64,000 bases of DNA from a virus. Its lineage: Duplodnaviria; Caudoviricetes. The DNA lies in the IMG/VR virus record IMGVR_UViG_3300013383_000002, positions 57,437-121,436 of that record; one strand, 5' to 3'. Under the pieces are notes generated by a model that saw only the letters and a program-made list of their open reading frames with translations, ran no database searches and was not told where the DNA came from. Shown one piece after another: positions 10,654 to 20,412 of this stretch; position 1 is the stretch's first letter, and each line of letters opens with the position of its first letter. The position numbers and the translations under genes were made by a program.

Positions 10654-11557
10654 TCTGTACCTCCCAAATGAATTTAGAAATTTTTTCTTCAAAAATTTGT
10701 CTAGTATTTTCTTGTCTACCTTCTGAATAATCCAATAATAAAAGAGGAATATTTTTTTCTTTACAAAATTCCCTTTTTATTCTATCATGTTTTATCAAAG
10801 TTTCTGACCAAAATAAAAGGTCTGAATTAAAATGCTGTTTCCCCTGTACTTCTATTAAACCGATTTGATTTTGTATAAATATAGCAAAATCAAAAGGGGG
10901 TTTTGTCTTATCTTTACATTCTTCAGTTTTATACTGTCTTTTATAAAGAATTTTCTTTTCTTCAAGGATTTGTCTCACACATTCTTCACCAAAGGAAGCT
11001 AGGCAGCCACAAGATTGAGTATGCCCAGAAGCCAAATGTCGATATTGTACTTCACAAATATTTCCACAATCACATTGACAAATTCTATATGAGTGTTTTC
11101 CATTTTTATCTAATTTTTTACTATCTCCAATAACAACAAGTTTGCCAAAACGTTGCCCAATACAATTGGTATACTTAGAAAAGCCTTCGCCGAAAGAGCA
11201 ACCACAGTTTTTCTTTTTTCCTATCATATCAGTTGGCAATATAATTTCATTTCCGCAATCACAGATACATTTATATTGCTCAATAAAATTACCATGTCTA
11301 TTAGTTAATCTTTCTATTGGAGTGATTTTTCCATACTTTTTCCCTAAATCAATTTTCTTATTAAGACAATTTACACAACCACAACTCTTTGATTTTCCAT
11401 TACGTAAATCAGAAATTCTTACGGGTCTTATTGTTCCGCAATCGCATTTAGCAAGCCATGCCAGATTTTTATTTTCTTTTGTTCTTTCATCTGGTGGGAT
11501 GTATCTTAGAATATTCCATTTGCCATATCGATTATTGGTTTCATCCCTTATATTCAT
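10640..11557 (-). CDS. free-standing homing endonuclease-like protein (three CxCxCG...SCGC repeats plus PD-(D/E)XK-like C-terminus)
   Basis: repeats such as WLAKCDCG...SKSCGC; C-terminal PFDFAI...IEVQGKQH; overlaps the gyrB start. Confidence 0.75.
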   Translation of the reverse strand: MNIRDETNNRYGKWNILRYIPPDERTKENKNLAWLAKCDCGTIRPVRISDLRNGKSKSCGCVNCLNKKIDLGKKYGKITPIERLTNRHGNFIEQYKCICDCGNEIILPTDMIGKKKNCGCSFGEGFSKYTNCIGQRFGKLVVIGDSKKLDKNGKHSYRICQCDCGNICEVQYRHLASGHTQSCGCLASFGEECVRQILEEKKILYKRQYKTEECKDKTKPPFDFAIFIQNQIGLIEVQGKQHFNSDLLFWSETLIKHDRIKREFCKEKNIPLLLLDYSEGRQENTRQIFEEKISKFIWEVQNEQL

Positions 11558-11759
11558 TCAAATCTCCTTTCTATTCATTTTCTTTTAGTATAACATATTT
11601 TAGAGAAAAATTCAAATTCCCTTATATTCATTATAAATGCGCGCGACGCGCCCGAGTGTAATCTAAATTCACTCAAAAGTCAAATTTCTATTATGAAAAT
11701 TTGAAAAGTTCTCAGAAATAGGGTATAATATAGTTAGAAATTAGAAAGAAGGTGAAAAT

Positions 11760-11912
11760 GTGAAGAAAGATATGGTAATTCGTTTTATGCTTGACGCAGA
11801 GCTGGATGAACAAATTCGTAACTATTGTGAAGAAAACGATATGAAGATTAGCTACTTTTTGAGAGTGGCCGCGCGAGAGTATATGAAAAACCATCCGACA
11901 GAAGAGGAGTAA
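11760..11912 (+). CDS. ribbon-helix-helix (CopG-like) protein, 50 aa
   Basis: GTG start; MKKDMVIRFMLDAELDEQIRNYCEENDMKISYFLRVAAREY; promoter TTGAAA-17-TATAAT at 11701. Confidence 0.65.
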   Translation: MKKDMVIRFMLDAELDEQIRNYCEENDMKISYFLRVAAREYMKNHPTEEE

Positions 11913-11914
11913 GT

Positions 11915-12190
11915 ATGGACACTATAAATCAGCAAGTTTACGACAAAATTATGCGTCAATTGGGCGATGAAGAAGGCAATGAACTAAAGTTAATGTTTGT
12001 TTTTCTTAGTCTGCCTGGAGACGGACGGGTCTGTTAGAATTGAGGAAGATAAATCTGCCAAAAATTAAATATGTCAAGACAAGAGTATCATGAAGCAATG
12101 AAAAACTTGTCGGCGCAAGGCTGGATTGATACAACTTCAAGAGATGCGATTATTCTTTCTTTTGAGGGTATTATGAGAGAAGAATGGTAG
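11915..12190 (+). pseudogene. disrupted HTH protein
   Basis: N-terminal part stops near 12037; another frame continues KLNMSRQEYHEAMKNLSAQGWI. Confidence 0.5.
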
Positions 12191-12315
12191 ATAATCTATC
12201 AGAGATAAATAAAAAAATTTCATTTTGATTTATAAACAAGAACATAAACAAAATAAACGAATGTGAGTGTGCCAATATGAATTATACTTATTCAAATAAT
12301 AAGAAGGAGATATCA

Positions 12316-12492
12316 ATGAAGAAAATTCGTATTTACAAACTACGTTTCGCGATTTTTCTTCAAGAGCGCGGCTTCCATATTGTAGATTGTGTTCAAGATT
12401 TACAAAATCCGTATTATAAAAATTGGTATTTTGAAGACACACCAGAACTACGAAAAGCTATGACAGACTATACCTCCGAAATTAGAAGATAA
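12316..12492 (+). CDS. DUF5659-like small protein
   Basis: KIRIYKLRFAIFL..RGF...NPYYKNWYFEDTPEL pattern; paralogue at 54647-54820. Confidence 0.6.
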   Translation: MKKIRIYKLRFAIFLQERGFHIVDCVQDLQNPYYKNWYFEDTPELRKAMTDYTSEIRR

Positions 12493-12508
12493 AGCGAGGT
12501 ATATCAAA

Positions 12509-12868
12509 ATGTCCGAAAATACTAATTTTTATCCGAATCAAAGAAGAATAACAAGCCATAAGGAGCTTGATGATAAAGGGCAGCTAATAAGCGCGCCTGG
12601 TCCAAAACTCATTGTAAGTTGGCGAGAAATTTGTCAGGTGGCTTTTCATACAAAAAATTCAAATAGTGTATTACTTTGGCAATATTTCTATAAAAATGCC
12701 GATGAATACACTGTAGGTTTTAGTCCCGAAGAAATTGAGAAGACGCTAGGTATAGGGAAAAAGGCGTGTCGAAGTGCTTTTGATACACTTGCTCAATTAG
12801 GATATCTCAAATTGCGAGAAGGAACAAAAAATCATTACGATTTTATCCCCCACCCCAAAAATTTTTGA
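12509..12868 (+). CDS. winged-helix protein, possible replication initiator
   Basis: SPEEIEKTLGIGKKACRSAFDTLAQLGYL; paralogue at 54277-54636; followed by repeats. Confidence 0.6.
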   Translation: MSENTNFYPNQRRITSHKELDDKGQLISAPGPKLIVSWREICQVAFHTKNSNSVLLWQYFYKNADEYTVGFSPEEIEKTLGIGKKACRSAFDTLAQLGYLKLREGTKNHYDFIPHPKNF

Positions 12869-12951
12869 CCGTTTTTACTTTTTTTATTTTCCCTTTTTCT
12901 TTTTATATTTTATTTTCTTTTATTTTCTTTTACTTTTTCTTTACCTCGGAG

Positions 12952-13066
12952 GGCACTTTTAAAATCTACCAAATGGCACTTTTAAAATCTACCCGAGGGA
13001 ACTTTTAAAAGTTCCAAAACGGCACTTTTAAAATCTACCAAATGGCACTTTTAAAATCTACCGAGC
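12952..13066 (+). repeat. 5 x 23-bp tandem iteron-like repeats
   Basis: GGCACTTTTAAAATCTACC-N4 units at 12952, 12975, 12998 (perfect palindrome variant), 13021, 13044; preceded by a T-rich tract 12870-12943. Confidence 0.9.
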
Positions 13067-13134
13067 GGGATTTTTACAATGGGCACAGCATCATGATGTG
13101 TCCGCAAATGCGAACTCGAAAGGAGCAAAAAAAA

Positions 13135-13368
13135 ATGGAAGATATTGAAAAGCGCGAACAACTAATAAAAGGCTATGAAGGCCAAATTCGCTATCTCCAA
13201 AAGCGAATTCAAAAGAATGCAAATAATAAAGCAAAGAATCGGCGCACTAAGCGCGACCCCGACAAGGATACCGCGCACTGCTACTTACTCATCGAAAAAT
13301 GGCAGGAACGCATCGACAAATGTAAAAATGGAGAACCACTCGATTTTCTAGGTAAATCTCTACTCTAA
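13135..13368 (+). CDS. hypothetical protein
   Basis: ATG after AAGGAG. Confidence 0.6.
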   Translation: MEDIEKREQLIKGYEGQIRYLQKRIQKNANNKAKNRRTKRDPDKDTAHCYLLIEKWQERIDKCKNGEPLDFLGKSLL

Positions 13369-13378
13369 GGAGGAAAAT

Positions 13379-13735
13379 ATGACAAAATTTGAAATTTATG
13401 ATACTATTATTTCGCGTGGAGTTATCAACCTTATCAGCCTCGCGCGCCGAAACAATAATACAATTATTCTAAAGGATTTCAACCCTCATGACACAACTCA
13501 TCTTCTAATGTTTGAAATGGCAACTATTGTTACTAATTCTTACTCAGAGAACTTCGTGCTAAAAATTGAAATGCCATGGTATCGAAGAATTATCGCTCCT
13601 CGGCGCATTCGTAAAGTTTCAAGAGCACTCTCTAAAGAAAATGGTATCAACATTCAGGAATTTATGGACTTTACGCGCGAAGGGTTTGAGGTCGTTTCTT
13701 GTGAAGAAATTTGGAAGGAGTATTATGCACGATGA
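13379..13735 (+). CDS. hypothetical protein
   Basis: ORF with AGGAGG RBS. Confidence 0.7.
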   Translation: MTKFEIYDTIISRGVINLISLARRNNNTIILKDFNPHDTTHLLMFEMATIVTNSYSENFVLKIEMPWYRRIIAPRRIRKVSRALSKENGINIQEFMDFTREGFEVVSCEEIWKEYYAR

Positions 13736-14220
13736 ACTACTCTATCTACACCGATGGGGCTTGCTCTAATAATGGAGCAAAGGATGCGCGAGGTGGCTTT
13801 GCTTTTGTTGTTCTTGATGATAAAGGCAATCATAGGTATGAATATAGTAAACATGTAGAAAACGCTACCAATAATATTTGTGAACTTTCAGCCGTTTTTG
13901 GTGCTTGTTCATTTTTTGATGCTTATTCTCCCGAAGGAAATATGGCAACCATTTATAGTGATAGTGCTTACATTATCAATTGTATTACTCAAAAGTGGTA
14001 TAAGAAGTGGCAAACCAATGGTTGGCGCAACGCCAAGAAAGAGCCGGTCGCAAATCGTGAACTTTGGGAGCGTCTTATTCCTTATTTTGAAAATCCACGT
14101 TTTTCTTTTGAGAAAGTAAAAGGCCACTCCGGAGAGAAGGATTGGAATGATTATGTTGATAAACTTGCTGTAGAAGCGAAGGAGGAAAAGTGTGATTACA
14201 GTGGGCATCCCTATCTATAA
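13732..14220 (+). CDS. rnhA: ribonuclease HI
   Basis: IYTDGACSNN, TNNICEL, SDSAY, KVKGHSG, NDYVDKLA. Confidence 0.93.
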   Translation: MNYSIYTDGACSNNGAKDARGGFAFVVLDDKGNHRYEYSKHVENATNNICELSAVFGACSFFDAYSPEGNMATIYSDSAYIINCITQKWYKKWQTNGWRNAKKEPVANRELWERLIPYFENPRFSFEKVKGHSGEKDWNDYVDKLAVEAKEEKCDYSGHPYL

Positions 14221-15157
14221 GGCGCGCGAGACTCTCCCATATTGTCTCGATGCGCTCGTTGCGCAAACTCGTAAAATGTTTCTAGTTACTCTTTGTCAGG
14301 ATTGTGATGGTGAAGATTATAGCGATATTATTGAAGAATATCGCGCGCGTGGTCTGCATATTCGTCTAATTTCTACACCAGAAAATGGCGGCCCAGGCGT
14401 CGCGCGCCAAACAATTATTGATAACGAAAACCAAAGCGACTACATTATGTTTTGTGATAGTGACGATATGCTATTCCCTCGGGCAGTTGAGCAACTTTAT
14501 CGAGAAGCTAAGCGGAATAACGCCGATCTTGTTACAGCCTCTTTTATTCATGAAGAAAACTTCGGTCCAGGGCACCACCTTCCTTCATCAACCACTAGCT
14601 CTACTTGGTGTCACACTAAGCTCTATCGTATCAAATATTTGAAGGATAATAATATTCGTTTTCTTCCAGAGCTTCGCCTAAATGAGGACAGCTACTTCAA
14701 TTTGGTTGCTTGTAATTGTACTGATAAAATTTATAGGCTCGATGAATATCTTTATTTGTGGCGCGCAAATCCCAACTCACTAACTCGAAAAGATAGTGAT
14801 AGTTTTTTCCAGCGAAGCAATGGCTCTTATATTTATGGCCAAGCAAAAGGACTGAAGAAGATTTATGAAGTTCGTGGTGAGATACCTGGCTCAGTTCTCT
14901 GCCAGACTCTCATTAATATTTACGAAGCTATGATGGAGCAGGTTTATCGAAAGGTCGACGACTATTCCTATATGGATGAACTTCTTTCTTTGAAGAAGAA
15001 TTCTTTTATTCAAGAGTTTTTGAAAGATGGGAATAATTGGCCTTATTTTGTCAATAACGTAAAAGCAGCACGAATTTATGATAATGATGTGGTTTATTTT
15101 TATAAACTAAGATTTGTCGATTTTATTACTAACTATATTATGGAGGATAAAAAATGA
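14192..15157 (+). CDS. glycosyltransferase family 2
   Basis: ITVGIPIY, NGGPGVARQ, YIMFCDSDD (DxD), NEDSYFN. Confidence 0.88.
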   Translation: MITVGIPIYKARETLPYCLDALVAQTRKMFLVTLCQDCDGEDYSDIIEEYRARGLHIRLISTPENGGPGVARQTIIDNENQSDYIMFCDSDDMLFPRAVEQLYREAKRNNADLVTASFIHEENFGPGHHLPSSTTSSTWCHTKLYRIKYLKDNNIRFLPELRLNEDSYFNLVACNCTDKIYRLDEYLYLWRANPNSLTRKDSDSFFQRSNGSYIYGQAKGLKKIYEVRGEIPGSVLCQTLINIYEAMMEQVYRKVDDYSYMDELLSLKKNSFIQEFLKDGNNWPYFVNNVKAARIYDNDVVYFYKLRFVDFITNYIMEDKK

Positions 15158-15750
15158 TTTATGTCGTCAACGGTAGCGCCCGATCCGGCAAGGACACTTT
15201 TTGTTCAATGGTGTCTAAATTTATGGGCGAAAATTACACGAAAGTTTTTTCTACCGTAAATTATGTGAAAAAGGTCGCGCGAGACTTTGGCTGGAATGGT
15301 GAAAAGACACCTCGCGCGCGTAAATTCCTTAGCGACCTCAAAGACCTTCTAACAGAGTGGGATGATATTCCTTTTAAGGATGTCCAAAGAAAGAGTCGTG
15401 AAGCCCTTGAAGATTGGGATTGTTATGGGGTCGATAGCAATAACTGTGCTATCTTTATTATGTGTAGGGAACCAGAGGAAATCAAGAAAATTGTTAGGAG
15501 GCTGGGCGCGCGCACCATTCTTGTTAGACGAAAAGAGGCGGAAGACGCAAGTACCTCCAATCATGCCGACGCTGAGGTCCTCAACTACAACTATGATATT
15601 GAAATTGAAAATAATGGTTCGCTAAAGGATCTAGCTTTTGAGGCTTTGAAGTTTATCGAGAATGAAAATTTGACTTTTAGACATTGGGTTACTTTCCATG
15701 TCAAAGATAGTGGCGAAATTATTGAAGTACAAAAGGAAGTAAAATTTTGA
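15154..15750 (+). CDS. P-loop kinase, dNMP kinase-like
   Basis: NGSARSGKDT, CREPEE, NNGSL. Confidence 0.7.
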   Translation: MIYVVNGSARSGKDTFCSMVSKFMGENYTKVFSTVNYVKKVARDFGWNGEKTPRARKFLSDLKDLLTEWDDIPFKDVQRKSREALEDWDCYGVDSNNCAIFIMCREPEEIKKIVRRLGARTILVRRKEAEDASTSNHADAEVLNYNYDIEIENNGSLKDLAFEALKFIENENLTFRHWVTFHVKDSGEIIEVQKEVKF

Positions 15751-16019
15751 CAAATCGAGATTTTTTGAAAAATTTTTCTGAAAGAGAATTTGTGAAATGG
15801 CTTGCTAGTTTTCAACTAGTTGAAAATGCGCCATGGCTTCAGTGGCTTGACAAGAAATATTGTCGCAATTGTCCTCCGATTATGGGACGTATGGAGGGTC
15901 ATGATTATGTTCAGCCGTTCGCGCTGTGTGAAGTAGATGAATGTCCCTATGATGTGGCAGATTTGACAGATGAAGAAATGATTGAATTGTGGCTTGATGG
16001 TGAAAGAGAAGAAATTTGA
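15747..16019 (+). CDS. hypothetical protein
   Basis: 90 aa, translationally coupled. Confidence 0.6.
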   Translation: MTNRDFLKNFSEREFVKWLASFQLVENAPWLQWLDKKYCRNCPPIMGRMEGHDYVQPFALCEVDECPYDVADLTDEEMIELWLDGEREEI

Positions 16020-16072
16020 TTTTCCTCCTTTTCTGTGATATGATATAAAAAAGAAAGGAAGTGAAATGAAAT

Positions 16073-17128
16073 TTGGAATTAAGTCAAACACAAAAAGAGA
16101 TTTTAGCTTCACCCGCATCTGTCGTGTTCGTTCAGTCAGCCCCTGCTTCAGGCAAAACAACACTACTAATCGAGAAAATCCGACAATCCATTTCGCGCGC
16201 GAAGAAGCTGGTCGCTTTTACTTTTACAAATATGGCCGCGGCCGAAATTCGTAGTAGATTGAACATTGAAAATAATGAAGTAATTTGGGTCGGTACTATC
16301 CATTCCTATTGCGCTAGATGTTTATTGCGCGCGGGCATTCGAGAAGCGGGAAGATATTTGAGTAATGAAAATTTTGATGGTCTTTTTGACCTCGCACGAG
16401 CTCACCCAGAAGCATTCCCTAATCTTGACATTTGTCTTCTGGATGAAGCACAGGATAGTAATGAAGACCAGTTCAACTTTATTTTTTCAATTATCAAAAG
16501 TGCGGAATACTTTATTGTCTACGATGAGCGACAATGTATTTATCGATGGAATGGGAGCAGGCCCGACCTTTTGAAATATTGGGCTAATGAGTTAGATGCT
16601 TCTATTTATTCAATGGATGAAAACTATCGTAATGGTAGTGATATTTTAGATTTCGCGCGAAAGATTATCAGGAAGAATAAAATGGGCGACTTATCTATTC
16701 CGATGCGCGGAGTGCGCGGAAAGGTCGTAGAACTTCCCTTTTCTATCAAGTATCTTATTGATGAAATTGAATCTACTTCAAATTTTGGCGATTGGATGGT
16801 GCTTGCGCGCACAAATGCAGAGGTAGATAATATTTTTGATAAATTGATTGGTGCTGGAATCCCATGCGACACTTTCAAGCAGGGTGATTTATCAAAGGAT
16901 GAGCTAAGTGAAAAGATGAAGGCAAACACTGTAAAGGTTCTTACTGGACATAGTGGAAAAGGTTTGGAAGCTCGTTTTGTTGCAGTTTATGATGCACGGA
17001 TGTGGAATGAAGAAGAAGTTTGTATCTCATATGTTATGGCAACTCGCGCGCGAGACCGTCTGATTTGGTTTACCAAGCCGCCTGTAAAAAAGAAACCTCG
17101 AAGAAATTCTATGGTAGGCTGGGAGTAA
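16073..17128 (+). CDS. short UvrD/Rep-family SF1 helicase
   Basis: APASGKTT, TFTNMAA, DEAQD, QCIYRW, NYRN, VLARTN, HSGKGLE, YVMATRA. Confidence 0.88.
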   Translation: MELSQTQKEILASPASVVFVQSAPASGKTTLLIEKIRQSISRAKKLVAFTFTNMAAAEIRSRLNIENNEVIWVGTIHSYCARCLLRAGIREAGRYLSNENFDGLFDLARAHPEAFPNLDICLLDEAQDSNEDQFNFIFSIIKSAEYFIVYDERQCIYRWNGSRPDLLKYWANELDASIYSMDENYRNGSDILDFARKIIRKNKMGDLSIPMRGVRGKVVELPFSIKYLIDEIESTSNFGDWMVLARTNAEVDNIFDKLIGAGIPCDTFKQGDLSKDELSEKMKANTVKVLTGHSGKGLEARFVAVYDARMWNEEEVCISYVMATRARDRLIWFTKPPVKKKPRRNSMVGWE

Positions 17129-17131
17129 TAT

Positions 17132-17857
17132 ATGATAACTTTATTTCTTATCTTTTTCTTCCGATGGAGAAAACAAAAACAAAGAAACTTAGAACTCCAA
17201 CAAGAGATAGAACAAAATACTGAAAACGCAGTTCATTGGCTTCAAGGACAATATAAATCTCATTTAGATAAACTGAATGAATTAGAAAAAGAAGAAGAAC
17301 GACGTCGCGCCGTTTTAAAAGAAGGACAAAAAGAATTTTCTGACTTTCAAGCAAAAAGAAAGGCTGTTCATGAAGCAATTCTTCACGAACGCGAGATTGA
17401 AGAAAAAGAAGATTTCTATCGCGTTTGTCTTTCAGAAGATGACATTGAAGATATTTCTGAGCTGAAAAAGTTAGTTCCGAAGCTTCGACATCGTGAGGTT
17501 CTTCCAAAGCTAATGTGGGATACAATGGTTTCGCGCGCGACAAAGGAAATGATAAAGAGGGTAACGGGTGGTCGTGCGGTTGGTGGCATTTACAAAATCA
17601 CTTACATTCCAACCGGTGAATCTTACATTGGGAAAACAACTGATTTTGGGACTCGCTGGCAATCACACGTCCAAACGGCTCTCGGAATGGATAAAGTTGC
17701 TCGTTCAACTCTTCACGTTCATATGGCTTCTCATGGTATTCAGAATTATACTTTTGAAATTTTGGAAGAAGTCGCGCGTGAGAAACAGACTGAAAGAGAA
17801 AAATTTTATATTGAGCTTTATGGAACACAAAAGCAACTGAATATGAGGATTGGGTAA
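17132..17857 (+). CDS. membrane anchor / coiled-coil / GIY-YIG domain protein
   Basis: hydrophobic N-terminus, E/K-rich middle, GIYKITY...YIGKT at the C-terminus. Confidence 0.7.
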   Translation: MITLFLIFFFRWRKQKQRNLELQQEIEQNTENAVHWLQGQYKSHLDKLNELEKEEERRRAVLKEGQKEFSDFQAKRKAVHEAILHEREIEEKEDFYRVCLSEDDIEDISELKKLVPKLRHREVLPKLMWDTMVSRATKEMIKRVTGGRAVGGIYKITYIPTGESYIGKTTDFGTRWQSHVQTALGMDKVARSTLHVHMASHGIQNYTFEILEEVAREKQTEREKFYIELYGTQKQLNMRIG

Positions 17858-17859
17858 AT

Positions 17860-18087
17860 ATGAGTAACGAATATAAAGATTATTATATGGAGGTAAACAA
17901 AATGAATGAACGTATTATCCAGCAGTTAAAGCACAGTGAGGCTATTGTTACATTAGAAGAGCTTGAGCAGTTTCTTCCTGAAGTTGAGAGACAACAGATT
18001 GCTAGTCTAATTGTAAATCAGCTAGACAAGGATTATTTCGTAATTGACGTTGACCCGCGAACTAGAATGAGGTGGCAAGCCGAGTGA
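17860..18087 (+). CDS. hypothetical protein
   Basis: small ORF in operon. Confidence 0.5.
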   Translation: MSNEYKDYYMEVNKMNERIIQQLKHSEAIVTLEELEQFLPEVERQQIASLIVNQLDKDYFVIDVDPRTRMRWQAE

Positions 18088-18314
18088 AGAAGATAATTTG
18101 TGATCTTTGTAAAAGTGAGGTAAAGGAAGAAAAAAACCTTTGGTACGTTCAATTTCCTGCCATTCAGAAGGAAAACGTTTATGCGAATGGGAAAAAAGTT
18201 GGTAATTTTGGAAGCTATCTTGGATATAAGATACTAGAAATCTGTCCAAATTGCGCCTATGAAGTTGCCAATAGTTTAAAGCCCATAGCTAAAGAGATTG
18301 GGATAGAAATTTGA
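18072..18314 (+). CDS. small zinc-finger protein
   Basis: CDLC...CPNC. Confidence 0.55.
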   Translation: MASRVKKIICDLCKSEVKEEKNLWYVQFPAIQKENVYANGKKVGNFGSYLGYKILEICPNCAYEVANSLKPIAKEIGIEI

Positions 18315-18366
18315 TTTCTATCCCTTTTTCGTATATAATAAAAGAAAAAGAAAAGGAGCTTTTATA

Positions 18367-19470
18367 ATGCTTGGATACATTGATGGGTATAATTTCAAAG
18401 AGATGAACCCAATGAAGTATTGGGCCGCGCCATCTTCTTGGGACACAGAAAAAAAGAAGACTACTCTTATCAATAGAATTTACAGCGGTGAATGGTGCGC
18501 CTCTGAAAAGAAAGATGGGTACTTTTCAAAGTTTGTAAAGGATGAGGATGGAAATATTCTTCTTTATAGTAGAAGTCGAAATGTGAAAGGCGAATATCCA
18601 GAAAAGCATGAATGGGTTCCTCAACTTCAGTCTTTCTTTGAAGCACTTCCAAATGGAACTTGTATCCTCGGCGAGCTATATCTCCCTTCAAAGCCGGGTT
18701 CTTCTAATATTACTACTCTTTTAGGTTGTCTAAAAGAGAAGTGCATCGCGCGCCAGGAAAAAGGGGAAAAACTTCACTTCTATGCTTTTGATATTCTGGC
18801 CTATGATGGTGTTAGCTATATGAAGAAGCCCGCCGATGAGCGTTTCTCCAAAATTGAAGAACTAGGAAAAAATTACACAAGTGACTTTGTTTCTTTTGCC
18901 ACCTATTATCATGGGGAGGAGCTTTGGAATAAACTCCAAGAAATCTTGGCAAATGGCGGCGAAGGAATGGTCATTATTCGTGATGGTTCTTTATATCAGC
19001 CAGATAAGCGCCCCAGTAAAGACACTCAAAAAGCCAAAAAAGAACTTCAGGAAACTCTTGACGTCTTTATCTATGGCGCGAACCCTCCAACTCGTCTTTA
19101 TTCCGGAAAGGAGATTGAAAGTTGGCAGTATTGGCAGAATACTATTACCAATGAATTCCTTTGCGGCGACCACTATAAGGAATACTTTGATGGTGATACA
19201 ATTGAGCCTGTTACAAAAATGTATTATATGCGTGGTGCGGGTAGCCTAAAAATTGGCGCGTATAAGGACGGAAAGCCGGTTCAGATTGGGAGTCTTAGTG
19301 GACTTGATGATGAAATTTTACTCCATTGGAAGGATTATATTGGAAAGGTAGCAGAAGTTACTTGTATGGAAATCATGCCCACTGGTGGCCTAAGGCATCC
19401 TCGTTTTCTATCTTTCCGCGAAGATAAAACTCCGCGCGACTGTCAGTGGGAGACAATTTTCGGAGGATAA
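18367..19470 (+). CDS. ATP-dependent DNA ligase
   Basis: motif I EKKDG, GELY, FDIL, EGMV, C-terminal LRHPRF..FREDK. Confidence 0.9.
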   Translation: MLGYIDGYNFKEMNPMKYWAAPSSWDTEKKKTTLINRIYSGEWCASEKKDGYFSKFVKDEDGNILLYSRSRNVKGEYPEKHEWVPQLQSFFEALPNGTCILGELYLPSKPGSSNITTLLGCLKEKCIARQEKGEKLHFYAFDILAYDGVSYMKKPADERFSKIEELGKNYTSDFVSFATYYHGEELWNKLQEILANGGEGMVIIRDGSLYQPDKRPSKDTQKAKKELQETLDVFIYGANPPTRLYSGKEIESWQYWQNTITNEFLCGDHYKEYFDGDTIEPVTKMYYMRGAGSLKIGAYKDGKPVQIGSLSGLDDEILLHWKDYIGKVAEVTCMEIMPTGGLRHPRFLSFREDKTPRDCQWETIFGG

Positions 19471-20319
19471 ATGAGTAGAAAAGCTATAGATGAAACAGGA
19501 AAACGGTATAATCATTTGACTGTAATAAGAGAAGCCACCGAAGAAGAATTTGAACGAGGAGGCGGAAAAGGTAGAAAATGGCTTTGTCGTTGTGATTGCG
19601 GAGCTTTGACTTTTGCTGATGGAAGAGAGCTTCGCAATGGAAGACGAATATCTTGTGGGTGCGTCGGGAGAGAAAAGGCTAAGGAATTAGCAAGGAAGTT
19701 GGGACTTAATCGTCGGCTAGAACTTACTGGGAAAAAATTTGGAATGTTGACTGTAATTGAATTAGACCCCGAATGGGATAGGCAAGTAAAACAAACCCCT
19801 ATTTGGATATGTAAATGCGATTGTGGTAGTATTTCAAAGGTTCGGTCGGGTAATTTAGTAAGTGGACACGCAACTTCTTGTGGATGCCGAAGAGGTTTGA
19901 TGGCAGGTTCTTCTGGGGAGCAAAAAATCGTTGAAATATTGAATAAAGGTAAAATTATTTTTGAAAGAGAAAAAACTTTTTCGGATTTGAAAGGCTTTGG
20001 CACAGTAAAACTTCGATACGATTTTTATTTGCCTGATTATAATGGAAAAGAAGTTTTGATAGAATTTCAGGGGATAGAACATTATAAACGAACTGCTTAT
20101 TTCCAAAAAGAAGAAGCTGATTTTAAAAGAAGACAAATTTACGATGAAAAGAAGATAAGTTATAGTTTAGCTAATAAAATATCTTTATACTGTATTCCTT
20201 ATTGGGTTCAGAATGACTTGAATGAAGTAAATGATTTATTTCGAGAGGATTTTTTGGCGAAGACGAAGGACCATAATTATACTGCTTATAGATTATTTTT
20301 ACAGCAAAAACAAAAATAA
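19471..20319 (+). CDS. free-standing homing endonuclease-like protein
   Basis: two CxCDCG...SCGC repeats plus RYDFYL...IEFQG..H; paralogue of 10640-11557. Confidence 0.75.
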   Translation: MSRKAIDETGKRYNHLTVIREATEEEFERGGGKGRKWLCRCDCGALTFADGRELRNGRRISCGCVGREKAKELARKLGLNRRLELTGKKFGMLTVIELDPEWDRQVKQTPIWICKCDCGSISKVRSGNLVSGHATSCGCRRGLMAGSSGEQKIVEILNKGKIIFEREKTFSDLKGFGTVKLRYDFYLPDYNGKEVLIEFQGIEHYKRTAYFQKEEADFKRRQIYDEKKISYSLANKISLYCIPYWVQNDLNEVNDLFREDFLAKTKDHNYTAYRLFLQQKQK

Positions 20320-20412
20320 TGACGACGTTTATCGAGAATATCGCAAAAGAATGAAGGAAGCTAAGTGACTCTCGACTTCTCTTCGGGAAGAAGCAAGCGG
20401 GAGGAGTTCCAA

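Noticed and set aside
12952-13066. CRISPR array
   Set aside because: Units are contiguous with only ~4 variable nt; no spacer-length unique sequences and no cas genes.
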